Shown piece by piece: positions 51,300 through 60,525 of a stretch of DNA of 64,000 nucleotides. Origin of the DNA: a virus; IMG/VR virus record IMGVR_UViG_3300025085_002722, positions 1 to 64,000 of that record; one strand, written 5' to 3'. Every line of letters starts with the position of its first letter. Positions within the stretch are counted from its first letter, which is position 1. The notes under the pieces are model-generated. The model was not told the DNA's origin, searched no databases, and saw only the letters and a program-made list of their open reading frames with translations. The translations under genes were made by a program, and so were the position numbers.

Positions 51300-51656
51300 A
51301 TGAGGTTTACGGACTTTGCAATCACAGAATCTGACATGGATGATGTAAAGTCTGATGTGGAAGAACTGGTAATTAATAAAATTGAAAGCAATGTAAAGAG
51401 TGCAAGCCTAGACGCATTTGTAGAAGAAGTAAATGAACTAGGAATAGGTATTTCTAAATCAATGCTTAGATTAATTTTAGAATCTCCAGAGTTTCAAAAC
51501 TTAATTGCAAACGTAAGCAATTCAGAAATAGAATTTAATTTACCTGGCAATGTACCAGACGAAATGGTACCAGAGCCAGAAGATATGGAAAATAATGTTT
51601 CCAATCTAGCAACATCGGCCGCTAACAAAGGCATAGGAGACGAACTTAATGTCTGA
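51300..51656 (+). CDS. Hypothetical protein (tag MRFTDF)
   Basis: 118 aa; N-terminus MRFTDFAITE. Confidence 0.68.
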   Translation: MRFTDFAITESDMDDVKSDVEELVINKIESNVKSASLDAFVEEVNELGIGISKSMLRLILESPEFQNLIANVSNSEIEFNLPGNVPDEMVPEPEDMENNVSNLATSAANKGIGDELNV

Positions 51657-51972
51657 TAGTATTTTTATAAACGCAACAGAGGCTCGAAGAAGAAGTCGCG
51701 ATAGTGTTATTATACTGAACGAAGTTAGAGCACTCGAGGCTAACGTACTAGCAAATATCAGTGCTGGTTCACTCCAATTACTACAATCAACAGGAACAAC
51801 AATGACCGGTAATACTTCTTATTACCAAGCCTACAATGGCATCACAACTAATACCACAATCACTGACCAGATTAATACGGTCAAGAAACATTTCACTGAC
51901 AAAGGATATTCGGTAAATATTAGCACTAACGCATCAACCGGAAATACAATTCAGTGGACAATCAAGTGGTAA
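51649..51972 (+). CDS. Hypothetical protein
   Basis: 107 aa, Thr-rich, overlapping neighbours in an operon-like manner. Confidence 0.65.
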   Translation: MSDSIFINATEARRRSRDSVIILNEVRALEANVLANISAGSLQLLQSTGTTMTGNTSYYQAYNGITTNTTITDQINTVKKHFTDKGYSVNISTNASTGNTIQWTIKW

Positions 51973-52670
51973 CAGAAAGCCTTTTAGAAAACAAATACAA
52001 TTATCCCCAATTAAAAAGAGTAACAGCAAAGTCAGGGCAACGTCAATATACTGGCGATGATAATAATCCTGTTCCTAGTGTTACAACTATCCTTTCAGAT
52101 ACAGGAGACAAGACTGCTCTTATAGCCTGGCGTAAACGTGTAGGCGAAGCAGAAGCAACTAGAATCAGTACTGAAGCCGCAGGACTAGGTACCAAAGTAC
52201 ATAATGCATTAGAAAAGTATATTCTTGGAGAAGAGTGGAATACCTTTGGTAATAACCATGTGAGTATATTAGCAGAAAGTATGACAAACGAAATGGTTAA
52301 TAACGGACTAACAAAAATAGATGAACTGTGGGGTGTTGAAGTAGCCTTAATTGCAAAAGGCTTATACGCAGGTACAAGCGATGCTATAGGTATGTACGAG
52401 GGCGAAGAAGCAATTATTGACTTCAAGACTGCTAAAAAGATCAAGAAACGTGAGTGGATTGAAGATTATTTCCTACAAGGTTGTGCATACGCACTTGCAC
52501 ACAACGAAATGTTTGAAACAAAGATAAGAAAAGTAGTCATACTTATGGTTGATAGAGAATCTAAGTTTAAAGAATTCATTATTGAAGGCGAAGAATTCGA
52601 TAAGTACTGTGGTAAATGGGCCGAGAGATTGGCTGACTACTATGGTAAAGTCGATGCACAAAAAGTCTAG
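51954..52670 (+). CDS. PD-(D/E)xK exonuclease (RecB/Cas4-like, T4-like phage exonuclease)
   Basis: PSVTTIL, GTKVH, YAGTSD, IIDFKT, YFLQGCAYA. Confidence 0.88.
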   Translation: MDNQVVTESLLENKYNYPQLKRVTAKSGQRQYTGDDNNPVPSVTTILSDTGDKTALIAWRKRVGEAEATRISTEAAGLGTKVHNALEKYILGEEWNTFGNNHVSILAESMTNEMVNNGLTKIDELWGVEVALIAKGLYAGTSDAIGMYEGEEAIIDFKTAKKIKKREWIEDYFLQGCAYALAHNEMFETKIRKVVILMVDRESKFKEFIIEGEEFDKYCGKWAERLADYYGKVDAQKV

Positions 52671-52713
52671 CATCAGTTTATCTGCAAAGTAAACAAAAAA
52701 GATAAATAGTTGT

Positions 52714-54486
52714 ATGGCAGACAAAGAAATAATTATATCGCGAATGCAACAACGCAGAGGAAATCGCATAGATTTACCTCAACCTCTACGAGCAGGGGAA
52801 ATTGCATTAGCATCAGACAGCAAAGAAGTATTTATAGGCTTAGATCCTGAGATAGGCGTAACGGCTCAAAATGCAAATGTTGTAACTATAAACAACATAC
52901 CCGAAGGCTTTAATTATGCCAATTCATATTTAAATAATAATTTTATTAGACTTATTATGCCTAGTAAAAGATTCCCTACAGGCACTTTTAACGGTACTGC
53001 AAACAGTACAACGTTTACAGTTAAAGATGATAGCGGACAAGCACATGGTGAAAAAGTATTTAACGAAACAGTAACCGGAAATGCAAATACAAGTTTAAGT
53101 AATATTAAAAATGTATTTGACGGTAATGCATTCGAATCTACAGATTTTACAGGTGCAAAAAATGGTGTAGCATTAAGTACAAATGCAACAAGATCAACAG
53201 CAAACTTGCTTAATAATGAATTTTTTGTTTCTTCGCCAGTTAGTTCAGGACAAAATACAACAATAACATTTGGTAGTAATCCAACTGGCACAGATGATAT
53301 TACAATAAATTATTATAGTAATGCAGATATAATTAGTGCTATGTTTGACACAGGCGTCATAGGAACTACTTCAACAACGGGATTTTATGAAGCAAAAAGT
53401 GTTGCTAGTTTTAGACAATTTAATAATGCATATATTAGATCAGATTACGAAGTAGGTACAGCATTTATAGGTTTAGAAAATAAACATACAGAAGTTTTTG
53501 CAGATTCAGGCACAGTGGGTTCACCTGCCGGGTTAACATTAACTGATATAATTTTAGAAGCCGCACCTGACCTCACCGACCCATCCGCTAATGTTATTGC
53601 AGATATTGATTTAAGTAGTGCAAGTAATTTAGATCTAGTTGTCAGCACAATTAATAATGATGCAACATTTAGAGCAAGTAAAGTAGCAGGTACAGAAAAC
53701 CAATTCTTTATTTCATGTGATAGCCAGTTCCAAGTTAGATTTACTGATATTGCAGATGCTACAGCATTATCATTAACAAACAATGCAACCTACACCAAAG
53801 CAGACCATTCCATAAAAGGACAATTGGAAGACTGGATACATGACGCATTAAATGATGACGAATTTAATATGTTTGTTACTGCAGAAGTAGGTAATAAATT
53901 TAATTCAAATGCAACAAATGTTGGTCAGTACACCCCATCAACTAGCAGTGAAAACTTAACATTAACTTTTACAGGTAATCAAGAAGCAGAAAACTTTTCA
54001 ACAATAACAAATAAAATTTTTGGTGCTAGTGAAAATTCTGATATTACTGGACTAACAAATGTAAAAACAAACCAAAGACTATTAACACAAGATGACTATG
54101 CTGTATTATTAACAGGTTCTGCTAATTCATTATTCGAAGCAATAACAAAAAGTTGTCCAGCAGGCGCAACTGGTATTGTAACTTTTAGTGCAGTTGATGT
54201 AACTGCTGTGATCATAGAATATTCTGTAACAGCGGCTGGCGGTACAGGTAATGCATATTCTAGAACAGGTACATTACATCTTACAGCAAATCAAACTTTA
54301 CAAGATGCATCATTAAATGACACTGGTGCTGTAATGCAAAATGGATTCGGAACAACAACATTTGATTTAAGCACAACATATGATGATGGTACAAATACTT
54401 TTGTTTTAACAGCAACCAACAATTTAAGTGATGGCACAGCCAGAACCGCAACCTTTAAATACATAGTTAGGAAGTGGCTGGGATAA
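52714..54486 (+). CDS. Virion structural (tail fibre/baseplate-associated) protein
   Basis: N-terminal RMQQRRG..LP..LRAGEIALASD..EVFIG typical of fibre N-termini; T/N/S-rich beta body; leaderless late promoter. Confidence 0.7.
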   Translation: MADKEIIISRMQQRRGNRIDLPQPLRAGEIALASDSKEVFIGLDPEIGVTAQNANVVTINNIPEGFNYANSYLNNNFIRLIMPSKRFPTGTFNGTANSTTFTVKDDSGQAHGEKVFNETVTGNANTSLSNIKNVFDGNAFESTDFTGAKNGVALSTNATRSTANLLNNEFFVSSPVSSGQNTTITFGSNPTGTDDITINYYSNADIISAMFDTGVIGTTSTTGFYEAKSVASFRQFNNAYIRSDYEVGTAFIGLENKHTEVFADSGTVGSPAGLTLTDIILEAAPDLTDPSANVIADIDLSSASNLDLVVSTINNDATFRASKVAGTENQFFISCDSQFQVRFTDIADATALSLTNNATYTKADHSIKGQLEDWIHDALNDDEFNMFVTAEVGNKFNSNATNVGQYTPSTSSENLTLTFTGNQEAENFSTITNKIFGASENSDITGLTNVKTNQRLLTQDDYAVLLTGSANSLFEAITKSCPAGATGIVTFSAVDVTAVIIEYSVTAAGGTGNAYSRTGTLHLTANQTLQDASLNDTGAVMQNGFGTTTFDLSTTYDDGTNTFVLTATNNLSDGTARTATFKYIVRKWLG

Positions 54487-54939
54487 TTGCTTGACAAAAT
54501 AGTTAATCCCCAACAACGATTGTCAATATGGCGAGAATATAAAAATGGTCGCCCATCGTTGAAAAATGTGTTACAATACATCAATAGAATAGAAACAAAG
54601 CCTAGAAGTTTTGACTATTTTACGCCAAGTACTTGGCCTACACCGTGGGAAGTACTTGAAGCAGAAATGTTTTGTATGAGTGGTAAAGCAATATTATTGT
54701 ATCATACATTAGCACAATTAGAATACATAGATACAAAAAACGTAAGGTGGCTTGTAGCCGAAAATAAAGAAATTTATCATGAAGGACTTGTGTTTTTTGA
54801 CGGAGTATGTTATTATAACATTTTACCGAATACAAGTGTAAATATTGAAAATTTTGATAATTACATAACAGTTAGAGAAATTATTAGACAGGAAAAACTC
54901 ACAAAGATTCATGAAAGTTACAAAGAGAGACGGCACTAG
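54487..54939 (+). CDS. Hypothetical protein
   Basis: 150 aa, TTG start; TWPTPWE motif. Confidence 0.6.
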   Translation: MLDKIVNPQQRLSIWREYKNGRPSLKNVLQYINRIETKPRSFDYFTPSTWPTPWEVLEAEMFCMSGKAILLYHTLAQLEYIDTKNVRWLVAENKEIYHEGLVFFDGVCYYNILPNTSVNIENFDNYITVREIIRQEKLTKIHESYKERRH

Positions 54940-57199
54940 AGAAGACCTAAATATCGACAAATTACACAAGGTCGTGATGTATGCAGTAGAAGACCTTACT
55001 GGTGTTAGTGCATCACAAGTCGAAATCAATAGCCAAATACAATTCTATGATGGCATCAACTCAACTGATATTCAAGAAACATTAATTAAAAGTACAGCGG
55101 ATCTTATATCAGAAGAGACACCAAATTATCAGTATGTAGCAGGTAGATTAATCAACTATCATTTGCGTAAGCAAGTGTATGGCACATTTGAGCCACCGTG
55201 TCTTTGTGATATTGTACAAAAAAATATTGATGATGGCTTTTATGATTCAGAGTTCACAGACCTCTACACCAAAGACGAAATAAATCAATTACAAACTTAT
55301 ATCAAGCATGAACGCGATGAAGATTTAACTTATGCGGCTATGGAACAGTTCCGTGGTAAGTACCTAGTACAGAACAGAGCAACAGGTCAAATTTACGAAA
55401 CACCGCAAGTAGCATACATGATGATTGCGGCTACATTGTTTGGTAGATATCCTGAAAAGAAAAGAATGGCGTATGTGAAAGCATACTACGATGCTATCAG
55501 TACATTTAGAATTTCCTTGCCTACGCCAGTTATGGCAGGTGTAAGAACACCGCAAAGGCAATTCAGCAGTTGCGTATTGATTGAAACTGATGACAGTTTA
55601 GATAGCATTAACGCAACGTCTAGTGCTGTTGTTAAGTATGTAAGTCAAAAGGCAGGCATTGGTATAGGTGCAGGTAGTATTAGGGCAATTGGCTCGCCTA
55701 TTAGGAGTGGAGACGCAACTCACACAGGAGTTATCCCCTTCTATAAACTATTCCAATCAGCAGTTAAAAGTTGCAGTCAGGGTGGAGTAAGAGGTGGAGC
55801 GGCTACCTTATATTACCCAATTTGGCATTTAGAAGTAGAAGACTTGCTAGTACTAAAGAACAACAAAGGTACTGAAGACAATCGTGTTAGACACATGGAC
55901 TACGGTGTACAGTTTAACAAACTTATGTATGAAAGGCTCATCAGCGGTGGTAACATCACATTGTTCTCACCTAAAGATGTTCCTGAATTATACGAAAGTT
56001 TCTTTACTGATCAAGACAAATTTAAAGAATTATACGAAGCGGCTGAACGTAAAACAAGTATTAGGAAAAAGTCTATTCCTGCTATTGAATTGTTTTCTGC
56101 GTTCGTACAAGAACGCAAGGACACAGGTAGAATTTACTTAATGAACGTTGACCATGCTAACACACATGGTGCATTTATTGAAGACGTAGCACCAGTTAGG
56201 CAGAGTAACTTATGCTGTGAAATTGATTTGCCTACTAAACCACTAACACATATCAATGATGAAGAGGGCGAGATCAGTTTGTGTACGTTGAGTGCAGTCA
56301 ATTGGGGTGTTATCAAAGACTTTGAAGAAATGAACAAAGTATGTAAACTTGCAGTTAGGGGATTAGACGAACTATTAGACTATCAACAATACCCAGTATT
56401 GGCGGCAGAACTCAGCACAATGAAAAGAAGACCACTGGGAATTGGTATTATTAACTTTGCATATTGGATGGCAAAGCATGGCATGACATATCAAGAGCCA
56501 AACCTGGAACTAATCGACGAGTGGGCAGAGGCATGGAGTTATAGTTTAATTAAAGCCAGTAACAAACTAGCAATGGAAAAAGGCAAATGCCCAGGCACAA
56601 ACGAAACAAAATACGGTTTAGGCATTACTCCTAACCAAACATACAAAAAAGATGTCGACGAATTAGTACCACATAAAGAAAGACAAAATTGGAAAGAACT
56701 TAGAAAGAATTTGAAGGAGCATGGTATAAGAAACTCTACTTTGATGGCATTAATGCCGGCAGAAACGTCTGCACAGATAAGTAACAGCACGAATGGAATT
56801 GAGCCACCGCGAGGATACATCAGCATAAAGCAAAGCAAACATGGTGTATTAAAACAGGTTGTACCAGGCTTTCCATACTATAAAAACAAATATGATCTAC
56901 TGTGGGATCAAAAGTCACCACAAGGCTATTTAAAAATAATGGCTGTACTACAAAAGTATATTGATCAGGGAATTTCGGTAAATACTTCTTACAATCCCGA
57001 ACACTATGAAGATGAAAAAGTACCAATGAGTGTGCTAATTCAGGATCTTCTAATGTTTTATAAGTATGGTGGAAAGCAGTTGTACTACAACAACACATAC
57101 GATGGGCAAGGCGAGATTGATATTAACAAAGATGATAAACTAGAAGATTTGCCCATGGGCGAACTAGATGACGAAGATTGCGAGAGTTGTAAAATTTAA
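54911..57199 (+). CDS. nrdA: Ribonucleotide reductase class Ia alpha subunit
   Basis: ATP cone VTKRDG, FSSC, SQGGVRGG, SNLCCEI, LMPAETS, C-terminal CESC. Confidence 0.97.
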   Translation: MKVTKRDGTREDLNIDKLHKVVMYAVEDLTGVSASQVEINSQIQFYDGINSTDIQETLIKSTADLISEETPNYQYVAGRLINYHLRKQVYGTFEPPCLCDIVQKNIDDGFYDSEFTDLYTKDEINQLQTYIKHERDEDLTYAAMEQFRGKYLVQNRATGQIYETPQVAYMMIAATLFGRYPEKKRMAYVKAYYDAISTFRISLPTPVMAGVRTPQRQFSSCVLIETDDSLDSINATSSAVVKYVSQKAGIGIGAGSIRAIGSPIRSGDATHTGVIPFYKLFQSAVKSCSQGGVRGGAATLYYPIWHLEVEDLLVLKNNKGTEDNRVRHMDYGVQFNKLMYERLISGGNITLFSPKDVPELYESFFTDQDKFKELYEAAERKTSIRKKSIPAIELFSAFVQERKDTGRIYLMNVDHANTHGAFIEDVAPVRQSNLCCEIDLPTKPLTHINDEEGEISLCTLSAVNWGVIKDFEEMNKVCKLAVRGLDELLDYQQYPVLAAELSTMKRRPLGIGIINFAYWMAKHGMTYQEPNLELIDEWAEAWSYSLIKASNKLAMEKGKCPGTNETKYGLGITPNQTYKKDVDELVPHKERQNWKELRKNLKEHGIRNSTLMALMPAETSAQISNSTNGIEPPRGYISIKQSKHGVLKQVVPGFPYYKNKYDLLWDQKSPQGYLKIMAVLQKYIDQGISVNTSYNPEHYEDEKVPMSVLIQDLLMFYKYGGKQLYYNNTYDGQGEIDINKDDKLEDLPMGELDDEDCESCKI

Positions 57200-58287
57200 T
57201 GAGTGTACTTAATACTAAATCAAAATATACAGAAAAGAGTAAAATGTTCTTGTCTGCCGACATGGGAGTACAGAGGTTTGACGTACTTAAATACAGACAG
57301 TTTGATAAACTCACAGAAAAGCAGTTAGGATTCTTTTGGCGACCAGAAGAAGTTGATATTACCAAAGACAGCAAGGATTTTAAAGACTTAACAGACTTCG
57401 AGCAACACATCTTTACTAGTAATTTAAAAAGACAAATACTGTTAGATAGTGTACAAGGACGGTCACCTAACTTGGCATTACTACCAATTGTGAGTTTACC
57501 TGAATTAGAAACATGGATTGAAACATGGGCATTTTCAGAAACTATTCACAGTAAAAGTTATACACATATCATTAGAAATGTGTACCCAGATCCAAGTAAA
57601 GTGTTTGATGAAATGATGAGTATCAAAGAAATTATTGATTGTTCAGACAGCATAACACAATACTACGATTCATTAATTGAGTATAACAGACTTAGAGAAA
57701 ACGGCAGTTCTAAATACAGCGAGTATGAACACAAGAAACGTATTTGGATGTGTTTAATGAGTGTAAACATTTTAGAAGGTGTACGTTTTTATGTATCCTT
57801 TGCATGTAGTTGGGCATTTGCAGAACTTAAAAAGATGGAAGGCAATGCAAAAATTATTAAACTGATTGCTAGAGATGAAAATGTTCACTTAGCAAGTACA
57901 CAACAAATGCTAAAACTTTTACCACGTGAAGACAAGGACTTTGAAAAAATTAAAAATGAAACTTATAAAGAGTGTACACAACTTTTCTTAGACGCAGTTG
58001 AGCAAGAGAAAAAATGGGCAGACTACTTATTCAAAGACGGCAGTATCATTGGTTTGAATGCTGAACTATTAAAACAATATGTTGAGTACATAGCAGGTAA
58101 AAGAATGCATGCCGTAGGACAAGAAAAAATATTTAATACAGGCACTAATCCTTTACCTTGGACCCAAGCATGGATCACAGGTGGAGAAGTACAAGTAGCA
58201 CCACAAGAAACTGAAATTAGCAGTTATGTTATTGGGGGTACTAAACAAGACGTTGACAAAGAAACCTTCTCAGGCTTCTCGTTATAA
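57199..58287 (+). CDS. nrdB: Ribonucleotide reductase class Ia beta subunit
   Basis: FFWRPEE, LLDSVQ, ETIHSKSY (radical Tyr), LEGVRFY, RDENVH, APQE. Confidence 0.97.
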   Translation: MSVLNTKSKYTEKSKMFLSADMGVQRFDVLKYRQFDKLTEKQLGFFWRPEEVDITKDSKDFKDLTDFEQHIFTSNLKRQILLDSVQGRSPNLALLPIVSLPELETWIETWAFSETIHSKSYTHIIRNVYPDPSKVFDEMMSIKEIIDCSDSITQYYDSLIEYNRLRENGSSKYSEYEHKKRIWMCLMSVNILEGVRFYVSFACSWAFAELKKMEGNAKIIKLIARDENVHLASTQQMLKLLPREDKDFEKIKNETYKECTQLFLDAVEQEKKWADYLFKDGSIIGLNAELLKQYVEYIAGKRMHAVGQEKIFNTGTNPLPWTQAWITGGEVQVAPQETEISSYVIGGTKQDVDKETFSGFSL

Positions 58288-58315
58288 TATAAATATTCAC
58301 ACACAGAGGAAACAC

Positions 58316-58612
58316 ATGTTAGTAAATAAATCTCATACAAAAGGTGACGTTGTCACTATCAAATTAACCAGCGATACAGAAATTATTACACGTTTTATCA
58401 GTCAAGATGAAAACGGTATTACTATTGAAAAGCCTATGGCAGTACAAATTACTCAACAAGGTTTAGGATTGATGCCATGGTTGTTTAGTGCTGATGCATC
58501 AAAAGAAATTACTATTTCAAATGAAAAAGTATTTTGTACAATGGATACACTGAAGGATCTTGCTGATCAATATATCGAAGGTACTACAGGTATTAGTTTA
58601 GCAAAGGCTTAA
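58316..58612 (+). CDS. Small Sm-like/beta-barrel hypothetical protein
   Basis: Start reassigned to ATG 58316 (late promoter 58289, SD GAGG); GDVVTIKL..EII..IEKP. Confidence 0.6.
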   Translation: MLVNKSHTKGDVVTIKLTSDTEIITRFISQDENGITIEKPMAVQITQQGLGLMPWLFSADASKEITISNEKVFCTMDTLKDLADQYIEGTTGISLAKA

Positions 58613-59190
58613 AGAAGATCTAAATCCATTCCGTGTTCAGCAATTAAAGATTGTTTTTCTTCTTCGCTTAGTTCTGTCCTACCTGGATTATTAGGAAATA
58701 CACAACAAGGTTGAACGTTGTAGAAACTGCTGTTTTCTTCACACCATTCTCTGCGATAGAATTTACCAGTACCATTCTTGTCCCATTCGATGTGAATTTT
58801 TTCAGCAGAATCTTGTATTACTGTTATCATATCTGAGCCAACTTGTACACAAGAATCTCTCTGTAAGCGATCTAAATATCTACCCTCATGTAGACCAAAG
58901 GCCGGAAATGCTTCTTTGTATGCAGGGTGGTCAGCAAGCCATTGCTCCATTTCTTGAGCAGATGCATCGTGAAATTCATAGACACCAAATCTATCAGAAT
59001 AATTATCACTAATCCAGTGTTTTTCTTTTTCCCATGGGTCATTTTCATCATGTTTGCCTAAGTCAGCAACTTGATTACCGTTGATAAATTTAAGAATATT
59101 ATCGCCACCGTTGTAAGATTTGTATGTAATATTGTCTATTTCACAATATATGTAGCCTTCTTCTTGATTATGGTACCATTCTAGTTTCAT
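58609..59190 (-). CDS. Hypothetical protein
   Basis: Start reassigned to ATG 59190 (TATAAATA-ctagt-ATG, MKLEWYH), which removes the overlap with the PAAR gene. Confidence 0.7.
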   Translation of the reverse strand: MKLEWYHNQEEGYIYCEIDNITYKSYNGGDNILKFINGNQVADLGKHDENDPWEKEKHWISDNYSDRFGVYEFHDASAQEMEQWLADHPAYKEAFPAFGLHEGRYLDRLQRDSCVQVGSDMITVIQDSAEKIHIEWDKNGTGKFYRREWCEENSSFYNVQPCCVFPNNPGRTELSEEEKQSLIAEHGMDLDLL

Positions 59191-59221
59191 ACTAGTATTT
59201 ATAATGATAAATAATATTACT

Positions 59222-59488
59222 ATGTCAAAAGCCGCACTCAAAGGAACATCAATAGCAGGAGGTCCAATTACTTCAGGAGCCTCTAGAACTACAATTGAAG
59301 GTATTGCTCCAGCAAGAAAAGGCGACACAGTTCAAGGTCATGGCGACTCGCCACATTCCAATCCTACAGTAGCATCTGGTTCCAGTAAAGTAAATATAGA
59401 AGGTAAACCAGCCGCCAGAGATGGGATCGATAGTGCTTCTTGTATGCACGGTATATCCGGCGGCGCAAGTAAGACTAACATTGGATAA
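59222..59488 (+). CDS. PAAR spike-tip protein (gp5.4-like)
   Basis: PARKGD, H..PH, GSSKVNIEGKPAARDG, C.H; start ATG 59222. Confidence 0.88.
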   Translation: MSKAALKGTSIAGGPITSGASRTTIEGIAPARKGDTVQGHGDSPHSNPTVASGSSKVNIEGKPAARDGIDSASCMHGISGGASKTNIG

Positions 59489-60521
59489 ACTATTTAATAA
59501 CAAATGTGAACTAGACGAACGCAAATATTTTAAAGTTCTGCGTGACGACATAGATAACACCAAACTAAAAAAATACAAAAAAGATATCTTGTATCTTGGC
59601 GGCGAAATTGAAAGACAAAAAGCAATTAATACTCGTGCAAATATAAACGAAAATTTATCCGAGTTTGACGATACGCATGAGTACATTATCTCTACTGTTA
59701 AAAAAGATATTAATTATAAAAACTTTGACGATCTGTTTGAAAAAGTATACAGAGAAAGATTAGAATTAAAACCCCATAATGTTTTTATAAGTGGTGGTAT
59801 TGATAGCACTACATTGTATAACCTGCTTAAACGCAAGGACATTGCGTTTAAACCATACTGTATACGATACAAATCTCAGGGCATTATATTCAATGATTAT
59901 GAAATAAAAAATGTTGCTGACGATGTTGAAATAATAGATTTTGATATTTTAAAGTTTTTTGATAGCGGTGATTTCTTAGAAACTGCACAAAAATATCATT
60001 GTGTTACTCCACAATTTTTACCATTACTAAAGGTATTTGAATCAATAGACGGACCTATTATAGAAACATCAAGTGCACCAAACGGCAGTATAAATGACAT
60101 AGTATCTGTTGACAGGCTAAGTACAAAATATCTATCTTATAGATATGCCCTAGATTTAAGAAATGATGATAGTATTTTTAATTTTTATAGAAGCCATCAT
60201 TTTATAGATCAATTATCTACAGATGCATACAAAGATTTAAACAAGAAATATGGAAGAGACGTTTCGCGAGGTGCAGGTGTTGATGCATGGGACCAAGAAT
60301 ACAATATTAAAATACAGTTGTATAAAAATATATTTAATACTGTTGGCCATAAGGCTGTCAAATTCACTGGTTTTGAGGCACTAAAAACTTGGTATGCAGA
60401 TAAATATATAGGTAACGATCCTTATCTACAAGTGTTCGATAAGCATTTTAGACAACCATTACTGAAACGCAATATTGACAAGTTTAAGGATTTATTAATT
60501 ATTAACATATTGAAGGGATAA
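59481..60521 (+). CDS. PP-loop (adenine nucleotide alpha hydrolase / asparagine-synthase-like) protein
   Basis: VFISGGIDST; probable TTG start at 59481 overlapping the PAAR stop. Confidence 0.65.
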   Translation: MDKLFNNKCELDERKYFKVLRDDIDNTKLKKYKKDILYLGGEIERQKAINTRANINENLSEFDDTHEYIISTVKKDINYKNFDDLFEKVYRERLELKPHNVFISGGIDSTTLYNLLKRKDIAFKPYCIRYKSQGIIFNDYEIKNVADDVEIIDFDILKFFDSGDFLETAQKYHCVTPQFLPLLKVFESIDGPIIETSSAPNGSINDIVSVDRLSTKYLSYRYALDLRNDDSIFNFYRSHHFIDQLSTDAYKDLNKKYGRDVSRGAGVDAWDQEYNIKIQLYKNIFNTVGHKAVKFTGFEALKTWYADKYIGNDPYLQVFDKHFRQPLLKRNIDKFKDLLIINILKG

Positions 60522-60525
60522 TAAA

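Noticed and set aside
51954-52670. Cas4-like gene as part of a CRISPR system
   Set aside because: No repeat-spacer array or other cas genes, and no four-Cys Fe-S pattern; it is a common T4-like phage exonuclease.
14367-58287. Inteins or introns in terminase, helicases, recombinase or nrdAB
   Set aside because: All are of normal length, with contiguous motifs and no interruptions.
59191-59328. N-terminal extension of the 58609..59328 minus ORF over the PAAR gene
   Set aside because: It is the antisense of PAAR; the promoter geometry places the start at 59190.
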